A stretch of 64,000 nucleotides of DNA. It comes from Phoronis australis (lineage: Eukaryota; Animalia; Phoronida). The DNA is taken from assembly GCA_002633005.1 (NCBI GenBank), contig NMRA01000563.1, positions 62,001 to 126,000 on the forward strand, in the 5' to 3' direction. Made by a program: the position numbers and the translations under genes. Shown piece after piece: positions 39,508-54,300 of this stretch; positions within the stretch are counted from its first letter, which is position 1, and each line of letters begins with the position of its first letter. The notes below the pieces were generated by a model that worked only from the letters and a program-made list of their open reading frames with translations, was not told the DNA's origin and made no database searches.

Positions 39508-42500
39508 CGATTAGGTCAAGGGGTTTGGCGTCATGACGGCAGCTACTGAGAGTGTAAGAACGTGACGTTGAAATCCTGCAGGCCATTTACTAAGGAGCAA
39601 GTATTACTGACTATGTGCTGTGATGAAACTGTGTTTCAGTTGGTTTTGTTGTTTGTCCACATATTTTCAGTGAGAATGCGTTGTGCCGCCTTTCAATGCC
39701 ATTCACAAACTTATCCGGAACTTTCAAGCTACAGTGATGACAAATCACACGTGTTATTTGATTCATTTTTCCATGTGTCTTATGAGTAAGTTACTTAACT
39801 TTGGTGCAAAATGCTCTTTAAGTATACCACTCTTCACCACGAAGTTAGGTCTTCTTAAAGTAAAGTGTGGGTCCCCATGAACTGGGTGTACTTGGGGTTA
39901 TGACAGATAGTTTGTTTTAATACAGTTAAAACTGTTCCATCAAAGTTCATAAATGGCAAAAAGGACTCGTTTGTGTTTGGCATATACTGGCAGTGCCCTT
40001 CTGCATGTCTCTTTCATGTGTGCGTTGTGTGTTTCCATGACATCTCTTGTTAATTTGCGGCCCTTGATCAAATCTTCAAACTTAAACTCAGATTCTACAG
40101 TGCATTTTCTACAACTCTGGTCACTGATCTTGGTGTTAATCATAGCTGAAGGCCAGTGAGGCTAGAAAAAAATCAAGTTTGAGTTTGAATTCAGAGGTTG
40201 AATCTTGGGCATAGATAGTACAATACCCATTTGGAATTTCTCTATTAAGAATTGTTTGAGTCTGTAAGTGATTTTAGTGCCAAAGTCAATTTTTTAAGAA
40301 CCTGGCCTTCGGCCAAATAATCAGTGATATCCTGAATAACTGTTACTTACTACTGCACATTGTACGACTCGTTACTTGAAGCCTCTTAACGTGGTGTATG
40401 TTGATTATAAATGCTTGAGTTAAACTCTTTATTCAGTTACACAATTGTTTGTTATTTCTGTAACGACTGTGTACTGCAACTTTAATTAATATATTTTTCC
40501 TGAAAATTAATTTGCTTCAATTTGTAGACTGTGTCTGGTTGGATTGTTTTCTGTTGTGTGCTTTCTTTACTAACACATCCTTATTGCTCCTTATGGCCAG
40601 TCAGTAGAGAAGCTAGCGATGGTTGTTCAGTTACTGTGCTGTGTTACCTTAAGACCAGGTCTGTTGTCATGGTGATGGCAACAACTTAAGATATAGTAGT
40701 TGTGCAGTCATATGGTTACTTCAGATTATTTCGTGAGCTTTTGCATAAACCAATGACATTAACTAGGTGCCTGAGAATTAACCTTTCAGTCTTTCAATAA
40801 CTGGCTTGCTGATTTTGCTCACAATGAAACTGTTAATTAATTACCGACATAAACGTGAAAAAAACTAGGCTTTTACTTTGAAGCCGGGCTGATGTAGTCT
40901 GTCCCAGTATGGATTAGCATGCAAAGTTACTTCTCGTTGTATTCACCGGCACTCATAATCTAGTTTGAAGTCTAAGTAGATCACATGCTATGTGGTGCGC
41001 AGATGGTCTTTATATGTGTTTCTAACCTTTGTTCATTGTGCTGGCTTGGTAACATTGTTTTGCTTATTAGTAGTCGACAGTAATTGAACAGTACATCGCT
41101 AGTGTGTAGATGTAGTTAGCATGCTGTAGTCATGACTTGGTAGAACACAGTAAACTTCTCTCGTGTGGGAGTACAGTTTAAAGGGTCACTTAACTCAGTT
41201 TTGTGCATTAAACGATAATATTTAACTAAAGTTGGTCACTTATGCGATTGGAAGTGGCCTTCTCACATTGATTAGAGTAAGGTTTGGCTGTACCATGTTC
41301 ACCCGGGGTTTTCAGTGGACTGATGTAGTTGGAAACTTTATATTTCAAGGATTTGCATCTCAGAAAAAGTTGCGAAAAAAATCTGTTAATGCACAGAACT
41401 GAGTTCTTGGCCCCTTCAGTGTAAATATTGATTGTCCGATTCACGTGTATGTCTGTTGTTGACTACACCACAGTGAAATAGTGCCCATCATGTTAAAAGT
41501 CATGTTCATCTAGTGGTAGTAGGCCAGCTCTTGAGACTGTCACAAATTAACTGTCAATAAAGTTGAATCTTTATGAATATAGGAGAAATTGAGTTAGTGC
41601 TAAAACAGCGGGGCAGTGTACTGTAAACTCCTATTTATTGACCAGGTATAGGTTGATCATAATTACATGGTCGTCATTATTTAAGTATTGCTGTGTTAAA
41701 CTACATTATGCAGCTTGGGCGTGTTGATTAATTAGCCTAGTCTCTTTGAGTGAATGCCAGATCTAGAGCTCAGCCTCTTAATACATGGTGATATCTCCTG
41801 AAGACTTGTATATTCTTGCTAAATTTATAGGAAACTAATGCTTGAACACACCACAAGACCCTGTTTCATGAAACTTGTCTTCGCTCATAAGTCTGAAGGG
41901 GAAGATTACTTTGTATGTTACTTATTCTGAAAATTCTTATGAATCCAAAAAGTTGATTTTTATAAAAAAAACTCAATTTGTCAAACTGGAGGTGTGGCGC
42001 TGTGGGCATTTCGCACAATGCAAGGAAGTGATTGAATTGCTATTGTGTTGGTTTTACCCATTCCTGACATCATTGCTCGAGTGCATTGTCTTGTTGTTAT
42101 GCACCGGAGCTGAGATTGGAAATTGACAGACCTCTTGAGATTGAGCTCAGATATCAGAACGGAAAAGCAAGAGAACAATAGTTGTTTGAAACAGCTGGAA
42201 TTGACAGAACTTAGTTACTGCACCACACTTCCAGTGTGAAGAATTACTATTTTTATTCATTTCCCAATTATTGAACTTTACTACAAAATGTTAAGAATAC
42301 CTTTATAGTGAGTGAAGTGTGCCAACTGGATCACAAATACCTTAAGAAAATATAACGTTGCCCTTCAAGTTACTTAGCATTGACAGCTGTGTGCAACAGT
42401 TGGAGATGTGTCAAGTCACAATGTTGCTGTGTCTGTGGCTTTCATGAAGCGAGGCGTTCGTCTTAGAGCTGATTTGTCTCTTAATTACAGTTTAAATTGG

Positions 42501-43147
42501 ACCAAGTCGTTATTTATTTCATGCTTAGCACGTAGTGAAGCAATGTTAGTGCAATAAATAATGAAAAAGTACAATTCATCTGACTGGATGAGAAAAAAAT
42601 CTAAATCTATGAACAGTTTTAATGTGGGTTGTAAATACTTGATAGATGTTTGTGCATGGTCTTATGTATCAAAGTGTGGTCTCTTGCAGTTGTGAATGTT
42701 GGTTATATTATGTCATGTCATAGTTTTGATTCTAGGTTTGAACAGTTTTTGCCTGCAGAAATTTATTTACACATCAAAACATATTTTAGCCCATTGTCTC
42801 TTAGTTGTGAAGTGTTGGGTTACTACCCATGTGAAGAAGCATTTCTGAATGTTTCATCATTTGACTTTGTTGGTATAGATAGTCATGTCTCAGAACAGCG
42901 TTTTGAAAGCTTGATATTTCACCTTATTTTCACTTTTGATGTTGTCCAAAGGGTTTATGGCCCCTGACCTTTGACCTTGCAATTTGGTCAACAACTTACT
43001 GTATTCCGTTTTTGTGAAGCTGTGTGTCTATCTCTGTATTTCTGGTATCTCTTATTCATGATCAGTATTTGCTTTTGACCCAGATGCATTGGTACTTCAT
43101 TGAAAGCTTTTAGATATTTATTGTGTAACAATTTCAAGTGGGCATGG

Positions 43148-43217
43148 CTATTGTCCTGTGTGACAATATGGATATTGTCCTGTTTGACAATATGACTATT
43201 GTCCCGTGTGACAATAT
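43148..43217 (+). repeat. ~23-24-bp tandem repeat x3 with a near-palindromic unit
   Basis: TATTGTCCTGTGTGACAATA repeated. Confidence 0.8.
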
Positions 43218-45303
43218 CCGTTATGAGTTCTACTTAACAATCATGAAGTTTTTTCATCACATTACTTTTATTGGAAAAGGTATATATACATATATATAAA
43301 TATATGACATGTAAAATAATTGTGTGAAAATTCTGTTTTAAACTGGTTTACATTGTAATTAAAGTGATTAATTATAAATATAATCAATTTTAAGCTGTGT
43401 GTGCCTGCATTTGTGAGTCGACCTGGAGTAATTCCTGTTAAACAGAGACGAACCTCGTTATAGACTGAAGCACTGGTGAAGTGTTAGTTAATGTAATATA
43501 GGTAAAAACCAATACTGTGCTAAAATGATGGACGGTATTCACGTGATCCCAGTAAAAACTGCAATTTTACACAAGTAGAGGAATAATTACAGAACTACAC
43601 CCCCTCGTCATTTGTGCTTTAAATTTTTGACTGCTGTTGCCAACAAGCACTTAAAGTTTAGTTGCAAACATGATTTATTCTGTCTTGAATATCCATTGCA
43701 TTCAGTTTCTAACACAAAGATAATGCAGCACAGATACTAGATAATTGGCTTAAATCGACTTATTTCATGATTTTAGAAAGTGGATGGTTGTGGTACATGA
43801 TCATGGCTGTTCAAATGTAATAAATACATAAATTTCAGTCAGTCTGGTTCATGTACTAGACATGTACACACTGCTCAGATGGGCCCATTGTACTGATCAC
43901 CCGGAACCTTGTGCTTTTATGCTTTATTCATATATAATTAAAACCAAGCTGAGGACCTACAGATCTGACTCGAGGGTCTAGAAGTGTGCCCCAGTGGGAC
44001 TCAAACCTACAAACTTAAGTAGAAGAAGTGGAATACTTATTATATTATACATCTGATTAGAATGCAATAAACTTGCTCGAGGTGGAAAAATAGATAAACA
44101 GTTGTGGGTCACAAAATGGTAAAGGATGATGCCTTGCCTTGAGAGTTGTACAGCTTTTGCACAGACACAATCGCAATGAAACCAACTTTAAAATTTCTCT
44201 TGAGAAATTTGACACTGTACTGTGGGTTATAGTACAAATTAGTAGCCCATTAGGTACTATAGAATGGACTAACAAAATGAAAATTGATTTATCACAGTGG
44301 TAAAAAGTTTTCAGTTAAAATATCACCCTGCCTTCTAATTACAATAGCACAGTAGATTGGAAGACGAAAATGGACTCCAGTACACTCGACTTTTATGTAG
44401 AGACATGCCAAATTTTAGATCAACAAGGTTAAGATAGCACACTACTTCCATCAAGACTACAAGCTCTCTATCAATGTGGGAAACATATACTTGAACCTCT
44501 TGAACTTTTAGACCTATCTTGACTTAGGACATATACTTGATTTAGTAATAGAACCAGAGGTCTTAAAATGATCATATTTTAGCCTGACATGCTCACAAAT
44601 CAATATGACAAAGCCTGCAATCACACACAATACAGGGCAACAGCTCAAACACTTGCCTTGAAAAAGGTAAAACAATGAGAATACCTTGCACCACTTCACG
44701 AACACTAAATTCTTACTATGTAACCACCAGACAGAATAGTTAAACTACACTCTGGGGGTGCCTTACGTCCACACTGAACATACTTCAAGACAAGAACTCT
44801 GGGAATACCCTTCTGCATGAACCTGATCCCAAATCCTGAACCCTTCAGAGGGTTAGCGCATGTTTATCTCTAGTACAAGGAATGTAAATGCCACATTTAT
44901 AAACATCTAAAATGTATTAATCTCTAAGGAGATCCATTCAAAGGGCCAATATAGGTTTAAGTCTATATATGGGTCACAGATGGCACCTCTATACAGGAGC
45001 ATCATGTAATACCTTAAAGCTTGAATAACAATACTTGACTTATAGCTTTCTATAAGACAGCTAAATGGCCATTTTCTTCATAGTCACTCCCAAAGATTCA
45101 AAATCATGAAATATTGGTCAATCTATCCAAAAACTTTATGGCTTTTAGACATTCTTCTTTACTTGTTAAGGTCTCAAACCATTTTTCTATCATAGCATGA
45201 AAGGCTTGATATAAACTTCATGTGGCTCAGAAAAATTGTTTCTATTTCCATTTTAGCCAGTGAGTGCAAAGAAAATGCCCCATTAAAGTATGGTTTTCAT
45301 CAG

Positions 45304-48300
45304 CTATGTAATTGTCATAGTAGATTCAATAGCATCATCGGTGGATTCAGTCATTAAAACTCCCTGAGTACTGACGGGCCTTACAGGTGGCGCACTCTCG
45401 TGGTTCGACTCAACACTAGATGTTCTCTTCCTACACTCCTGCAGTTCAGTAAGTTCTGAAGCCAGACTCTGCTGAGAAGGTCTTGTAGCTAAGCAAGGAA
45501 CGCTACGCACCGACCGTGAGGACACAGACTCCTTGTGGTTTTCACTCTCCGTCATCACGTCATTGTCTGTCCCAGAGTTGATGACATACTCTCGTGGAAT
45601 GCTACCGGCACGTGATGGAGATGGGCTGACCCGTCCCCTGTTTTTGTATTTGTTGACTATGATGAATGACACAATGATAGCAGTCAGCATAAGGCACCCC
45701 CCGAGCACCACACCCACTATCAACCCAGAGGAGAAGATTGGGGAAGCTTCCACAGGGGGGTCAATTTTCCTACAAACAAACAGCTGTGAATTAATTTACA
45801 AGCATCATTCAATCAGACATATTGCAACACAAATTTACTACGCCATTCACAGCCAACTATACATGATACCTGGATAGATGAATAAAATGAACTTGCTGTA
45901 CATGGTAAAATCACAAGAACAACGTGCAGCATTGGTATGAGCCCAACATGTGCATTGCATACAGCAGGGAGGATCATTATCTTAGACAGTAAAGGGAGCA
46001 AAGCTAGTCAACTTAAAATAACCTCCAGGAGGCACAAAGCAAGTCAGCAATGCTCTCCTCAATAGGAACGCACCCGCCACCTGTAATCATGATTCTTCAA
46101 GCAGTTTGGCAGTTAGAGAGGCAGACGACAAAGAACGAACACAAAAAATGATGCAAAGAGTACCAAAATTGCTACTAGAGGACTCCACAGTATGTGGATC
46201 TGTCCCAAAATCCCAGTCAGTTGTACTGTCTTAAATAGGAATGCATATCAAATTTCATGAAGGATCTTGGTAAATATTGAGACACAGGCACAGGCAAAAA
46301 ATGCCTCTAGTGGACATCACAGTAGGCGGACCCATCCAAAAAAAACCATCAGCCGTGGTCTTATTAGTAGGAGCACAGTTGTCAATTTTCATGATGATCC
46401 TCGATCGGTTTGGCTGACACACCAAAAATCAGGCTCAAAAAATAATACAAATAACCATCATGTGGTGTACAATACAATGAAAGTGTCTATCAATGGGAAG
46501 GCAAGATGGTCTATTTTATAGAGTCCTACTAACTTAATTTCATGAAAATTCATCAAGGAGCCATAAAGGCAGAGAAAAACTTATAACAAAAATTGCCATA
46601 AGGGAACACAACAGTAGTCAAATAGAGAATAGTAAAAATGGTCACTAGGTGAAACAGATTACATCAAATACATTCTGAAAACAGAAAGGCAACGTTGTTT
46701 CCTTAACAGATAACTATTTACCATCCTTAAAGGAAGTCCAAAGATATAGAGGGAAATGTGTTGCTACTAGGATACATCAGAAAACTGCCAACGTGCATTG
46801 TCTCATACATAGGAATACAACGTATTTCGCAAAAATCCTGCAAGGAGTTTAGGAGATATAGCCACAAATGCAAAAAACTGCCAATTGGGAGAGCCACAGT
46901 AATCACCCTGTGCCACGTTAAATCCTGCAAAAGGCTTAGAAGATAAAGCCACAAACAGCAGACAGAAATGACCGCAATATACAACCACATAAATATATGT
47001 GGCCGCATAAAAAGTATATATATACATATGTGTATGGAATAATAAATGAGACTGAATTAGGCACTAAGATGTCTTGACTAAAAATTAAACACCAAGTCAT
47101 GTATACGAAACAAACTGGAATGAGGTCACATGTTCCTTAATTTATTCCTGTTCACAAATTTAACAAAACTGAAACAGCACTTTATGAAATATGCTATATT
47201 GTGTACTACAATCATGGTGGTTATGACTACAACCATGGTGGTTATGACTACAATCATGGTGGTTATGACTACAACCATGGTGGTTATGACTACAACCATG
47301 GTGGTTATGACTACAACTATGGTGGTTATGACTACAACCATGGTGGTTATGACTACAACCATGGTGGTTATGACTACAATCATGGTGGTTATGACTACAA
47401 TCATGGTGGTTATGACTACAAGACCAACCTGACAGACGAGGCTGTAAATGTCCACTGTCCTTCATACAGGGTGAGTGTCATGTTGCCAGCAGAAACATAG
47501 GAGGATAGAACAGTCACAACTTCAGCAGGAGAACGAGCTGAAATTTTGTAGCAGACATTGTGATGCAGCTAACACTGAGGTCACATTCATGAATGAAGGG
47601 AAGAATAAATGACTTGCTACACACATCATACTATAACACAAAGAGTATGACTTAATTCAGAGGAAACTTTTTGAATGTGTGATTTTTTAACAATAAAATT
47701 TCTCATATTTTAACACAAGTGCAAGGACCTGAAATTCACAAAAGGAAACTAAGAACACACATGTGAGCGTCTCGCGATATTTTGAAAAATCCCCTCTAAG
47801 CTGCAATTTGTGGACAATGATCCCAGGTATGAGCATGGCACTCTACATACATTTGCTTTCATTCTTCAATCTCTCAAGCAACCAACAAAATGGTATAAGT
47901 AGTGTTTTTTCATTCATGAAAAAGTATACACAGCTGTCTGGAAACAACTGCCATGAAAATCTTCGAGATGCAAATAATTGTTAAAATATCCCTCTTTCAA
48001 TGTTTCTCATTTTTAAAGGCTTATTAGACTGCAGCAAATGTTTGCAAACAACAACTATTACATCGTATATAAACTATTTTTGTTGAGATATGACAAAATT
48101 ACCTCTACTACATCATGTCTCAAAATCTTTTACCATACATATTTGTTGCTTAAACACAGTTATTATATTTCAATGAATACCTCACCAACTCTAATAGAGG
48201 CAGCTGGTGACAGTCACAAGGTAAAACATGCAGGGAAATAGGTAAAAATTACACAATTTTGCAGAAATGTAGCCCAGGTTCGTTAAAATTACAAGAGCAA

Positions 48301-51300
48301 CAGCAAGCGTTGAAATTCACCCACAAATGCACCACAAATGGTGTGCTTTTAGAGGTGTTAATTTATATCATAAACATGGCCACTAGATGGCATTAAATAC
48401 AATGAACCCATCCGAAAACAGGAACATGTCATCTTTTTTATAGCTATTTACCAAATTTTATAAAAATCCACCAAGAAACTTCAGAGAAACAAGAAAATGG
48501 AAAAAATGAAATTGCCATTAGGGGGCACAGCCTTTGTCGGATCTGTGTGAAAGTCATTGTCGTCCATTGTCAACTTCATGTAAATGCACTCACTAAATTT
48601 AATAAAGATCCCGCAGAGGATTAAGGGGATACAGGCACAAAAAAAAACTGCCACTAGGAGGCTCCACAGTAACTGGGGTCATCAGAAAACCATTGTTAAC
48701 TGTCCTCCTCACACTAAGAACATATATGCCAATCATCCTTAAAGAAGTTTGATTGATAGCAGGGCAGACGCCAAAAACTGACTAGACAAAAATAAAATAT
48801 GGCCACTAGATGGTGCAAAATACGTTGAATCCATCTGAAAACAGGAATTTGTCACCATTTCTTTAATAAAAGCTGTTTACCAAACACCATGAAAATCCAT
48901 CAAGGAACTTCAGAGAAACACAGAAAAACGGAAAAAAGTGAGTTTGCCACTAGGAGGCACCGTATTTGTCAGATCTGTCTGAAAGTCGTCTTCTGTTGTC
49001 AACTTCATATAAATACACTTGCTAACTAAATTTCATAAAGATCCTGCAAAGGGCTTAGGAGATACAGCTGTGGGCGCAAAAAACAAAACTGCCACTAGGA
49101 GGCGCCACAATAGTCAAAGCTGTTAAATCATTGTCAACAGTCGTCCTCTTCAGTATGGACATCTACAACAATTTTCATAACCATCCTTAGAGTGGTATGG
49201 TAAATAGAGGGGCGGATGTTAATAATGACTCGAAAATAGTAAAAATGGCCAATAGATGGTGCAAAATGCCTCCAATCCATCTGAAAACGGGAGGATAGCG
49301 TCATCTCGTTAATAGATGCCTATGTGCAAAATTTCATGGAAATCGGTTGAAGACTTTTGAAGATATAGAACATACACTAGGGAGCACAGTGGTTTGGGTT
49401 GGTCTGAAGCTCATCATCCTTTGTTGTCAGCCCCATAGGAACACACCTGCCTAATTTCAATAAGGGGTTTAGGAGATTCAGCCCCATAGGAACACACCTG
49501 CCTAATTTCAATAAGGGGTTTAGGAGATTCAGCCCCATAGGAACACACCTGCCTAATTTCAATAAGGGGTTTAGGAGATTCAGCCCCATAGGAACACACC
49601 TGCCTCATTTCAATAAGGGGTTTAGGAGATTCAGCCCCATAGGAACACACCTGCCTCATTTCAATAAGGGGTTTAGGAGATTCAGCCGCAGATGACGGAC
49701 ACTCAGACAGATATGACGGATATGTGGGCGCATAAAAATGAAAATTGTGAAGGAAAAATAGCAATATCCGATTCACTTAATTGTTGAAGATTTTGAAAAA
49801 AAATAAGCAGTAACTGCATATGGCGCACAAATTGGGTTACGAGTGAATTGGATAAAACACTGACAGAAAAAGTTTGACTTGAAATCTTACTAGTCCTCTA
49901 AAACAGAGATTCCGACAATGTATTGAGAGTAAATCTCACTTACCCGTGTTCTCAGAAGGTAGGATATCAAAAATCACAAGAACACTCCCTTTCTGGAGCA
50001 GTAGGTTGACAATCTGTGTTGACTTCACTTGTGTAACCAAGATGACTTCATCAACAAATGCATTTTGAAAGTCTTTAACTAGTTCAGGATCCCCTACTAG
50101 ACTGTCGTAATCTGCATCTTTAAATGTCACTTCAGCTCTGACAGGGGGCGCTAGTGTTGGGCGTGAGGTAATATCAGTCGATGACACTGGTGCAGCTGTA
50201 AGGAAAGTGTAGAATTAATATGAAGAACTGAGAATACATTGTCATCCAAAAACAATCTCTTTCTAGCTGTGAGGTAAAGAAAAGTAAAGGCTTTATCTTT
50301 ATTTATAAAATAAGACTTAGGGCTAGTCACTTTCTATGTTCTAACAAATACCTGAAGTTGATGAATGAGTTGTAGTGTCATCACTGTTGCCAGTGGCAAC
50401 AGTTGGCGGGCTAACTGTGTTGGTGGATGAAGTAGTAGTTGTGGTAACCAGAGGGTCAACGCACAATATGCCCTCTTTTGGGCAAACGAGGGATCCATTA
50501 TATCCTGGTACCTGAAAAAGAATAACTATGAATATTACATTCTGACATGAAGGCTATTAAAACACTAGATAACGAGAACGATCGGTGTCGGAGAGGTGTG
50601 AAGGAAGCAATCTAAGAAATGCGTGTGGGACCAGGTTGTGAGATATCTCCCAGCTTGTATGTCACGTGACCCCAGCGGTTACAAGCTAATCCCTCTGGTA
50701 GACAACCTTGTGAGGGGGCCACAACATCCTGTTAATGGGCATTACAATAACTAGTATTATTAAGGTAGGTGGATACACAAAAAAATTAATTTTGACTGTT
50801 TTTTACATTTTCATATCATCCTAATCTTTAATTCTTGATGCACAGTATACTGAAGAAAAATAAAATCATTCTGAAAATCCAAAGTTGTTTTTTTAGCTAT
50901 ATTTGACCAAACCTCAGTAAGTCATATGGCTTGAATGCTCACCAGCTCAGTGATTGACAACTGGGGCGGAGCTTATATACAAGGACACTAGCTCTAATCT
51001 AACCCTGTCAACAAGCATTGCGTAACCAGGCAATCGAGAGTGCTGTACCAGCTGATATTGGTGTTGTAGCAAGACCAAGAATAAAACAATTCTATTTTTG
51101 ACCATGTGAAAGTTAGTAGTGAAATGGTGAACTAGCTCCTGTTCCGAGCCTGAGCCTGTTTGTCTATCTGCAAAAAAATTAAGTTGAGTACGCCAAGCCC
51201 TACCGAAGCCATCACTGCACTCAGCTTGAGGAGTCCGTGCAGAAATTGTGTATGTATAAGAGAAGTCGGTAATATAAGGTCAGTTGTCTTGCGAGAGGAC

Positions 51301-54300
51301 GCTGAGTGTCGACGTGGGTGGTGTTGCACGATTCGGTGAGAGTGCATACACGCGCTGTGAAGACAAGCCGCGCGCGCGACACATGGACAACTACATGCCG
51401 TCAGAGTAGAGTCTTCGCAGATAAACCGTGCTTCTGTGCTGGGAACGTGCCGTGGAGAAACTAGGCTGTCAAACCCAGAGGATTTTTAACTTGCCACTGG
51501 CCGTAACCCAAAGAATTAGAGAAATGACCCAGTGTTCAACATAACAAAAAATTTTCTAGTGCATAGATTCAAACGTAACCCTGAATTAAAACTCATGATA
51601 TTATACGATTTTAGAGGAAAGCAATATAAGAAACTTTAGTAACTTGAGAATCTCACCCAAGCGGCGCTATTTGCGCAGAAAGTGATATTTTCTTATCCCA
51701 AAGTCCATTCGGTACAGGCACGTAAAAATGTTGAACCATTACTATGAAAGTAGTTCTTTATCCTCGTCGCCAATATTGTTATGTAGGCAGTAACGCGGCG
51801 ATTTGATATAACACATATATTGGTTGATGATAATATTGGAATACTAACAAATAGGTCTGTGTAATATAGTTAGAGAGTCTTTTACAAACTGAGTGGAGAG
51901 TTCAGATGAATCGTATAAACAATCAACACATGGTGGTCGGCACACCAGTACAGCAGACAATAGATCAACGCTAAGCTCCGCCCACGTGACAGCCATATTT
52001 GTTTTGGTCGTCTGTCGTGCATCACAAGTTCGAAAAAATGATTAAAATTACGCTGTAAACAAACAGGTATGTCACATTTTCTAAATATGAAGTAAATATC
52101 AGCTTTATTTCTAGTACTTCAACAAAAATTGGAACATAATGACCACGCATTCTGAACGAAATTTGATCTCAAGTGGCAATCGATGACCGCTTAACTTCAA
52201 AGCCGTTTTTCTCGGCTCGTGATTTCAGGATAGTGACACGATTCTCGGGCCTATTTTTCCACAACACGTGGGTCAATTTTAACGAAAGTTGCAAATTTGA
52301 AATCCTCTTGGACTGAAGTAAAATCGCGTGCCAGGGTTTTTTGATAAATGGACCAGATTTTTAGTTATTAGACGGAAAGTGACCAAATGACAAAAAGTGG
52401 CGTGCTTGCCCCAACTCACACACAAAAAATGCCACAAAATCAAGATCATAATGATTTTGTACATATATTTGGTATGGATAAGTAGAATATTGCGTAAGGA
52501 AATAGTTGATGATGATCCCTGTGCATTTTGAAAAAAAATTCGAGGTAAAATTGGATTTGTTGAAAATTAAAAAATACGATTTTTAAAAAAAACGAACTAC
52601 AAAAAAACAATTTTTTTTCGATTTTTGTCACTTTCAGAATCATGTCTAACTAGTTAAAACTCCCTTTTTACTCATTTTAGTTAGGAACCTGGAGATTTGA
52701 TCAGTGTATACACCTACCTTAACATCCTTGTCACATTTATTAATTTCAAGTAATTAAGTTAATAATATTCTAATAACATCAAAATTCAAGAAATGTTTTT
52801 GAATGGCATTTTGAGAATGGATTATGGAATCTTAGCGTGAGATCTGTTCCTAGGCAACATTTTACATTTGGCACACCAGCGGAAAATATGAAATAAGAAA
52901 CCATACATAAGAAGTTTTGTGTTAAACAAAATACTGAAAGCACCAATCAAACAGAATAACAAAATCACTGTTCTTCACAACAACTCAAACACTCAGTGAT
53001 GCTATTTGAAGAACTAACACACAAGTTGCATAGACCAACAAACAGTTAACACCTTGCAATGGTAATTTACAATTGTCCACGCTTCCCACGCCTATTTAGA
53101 AATAAACAATCACAGTATTCAATACAAATTTCACACGAACAAAACATTGAAAGTAGAAACTAACAAAACACATATTTCCAGTTATTCTGGTTTTACCCTG
53201 TCAACTATCCAGCGTCATATTGAGTGCTGCAGTGCCCAGAAGACAATGATCATTAACATAAAATATTCATACATAGTATTTTGAACAAACTATTACAATA
53301 TAGGCAAACCACCATTTTGTAAACAACATTTTTCCACATCCGTTAAGCTCTTTCAAGTGTTAAACAAAATCTTAAAAGCTGATTTCACGTGATTTTCCAT
53401 GATTTCAAATATGGACATTATACTTAAAATAACATTTCTTCAAGCTAGTCAGCATAGTTTTTGATGTTAGTTTTAGTTATAAGAGCAACGCGGAGCATTG
53501 AAATGCGTCCACGATTACACCGCAAACTTTGCGCTTCTAGAGGTTTTATTTGTACCATAAGAAATGGACATTAGATGAAACAGAATACATTGAACCCAAC
53601 CAAATATGGAAAGGTTTCGTCTCTCAAAACAGTCAAATTTCATGAAAATCTGTCAAAGAACTCCAACAATATAAATGAAAAAAATAAATTGCCGTTAGGA
53701 AACACAGCAGCTGTCAAATCCGTCTAGCTGCTGTCCAGTTAATTGCAAAGTTTCAAAAACCTCAGTCTTGCAAGAGGCTTAGGAGATCCAGCTGTAGATG
53801 CTAAAAATGTCACTAGGGGGGACCACAGTAATGGGACCCGTTCAAAAACCCACGTCAGTAATGGTCTCATCAGTAGGAACACAACTGCCAATTTTCATAA
53901 TGATCCTCTATGCGATTTGGCAAATAGAGAAGCAGACAGCAAAAAACAGACTAAAAAGTAGGTAAATGACCATTAGTAGGTGCAGAATACTGCAAATCCA
54001 TCACAAAAAAGGAAAACTGATGTCGGGTTCATTATATGAACTTGTTTGCAAAGTTTCATGAAAAAGCATCAAGAAGCTCTGAAATTTCAAAGGCAAATGC
54101 AAAAAATAAAACTGCCACTAGGGAGCACAGCTGTAGTTGGATTGGTCTGAAACTCGATGACATCTGTTGCCATCTCCACAGGAACATGTGTACTACATTT
54201 CACAAAGATCTTGCAAAGGGTAAAGAAGATACAGCCGTCAACACAAAACATAAAATTGCCAATAGGAGGCAACATAATTGTCAAACAGATCCTAAAATCA

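Noticed and set aside
47126-47500. YNHGGYD and HNHHGCS repeat ORFs resembling structural or shell proteins
   Set aside because: Intronic 21-bp minisatellite. Reading the protease frame into the intron hits TAG four codons after the donor.
51400-51745. Possible THAP-domain remnant in the TTAA element (MVQHFYVP.., RFICED)
   Set aside because: Key Cys/His residues are not recoverable by eye; too degenerate to call.
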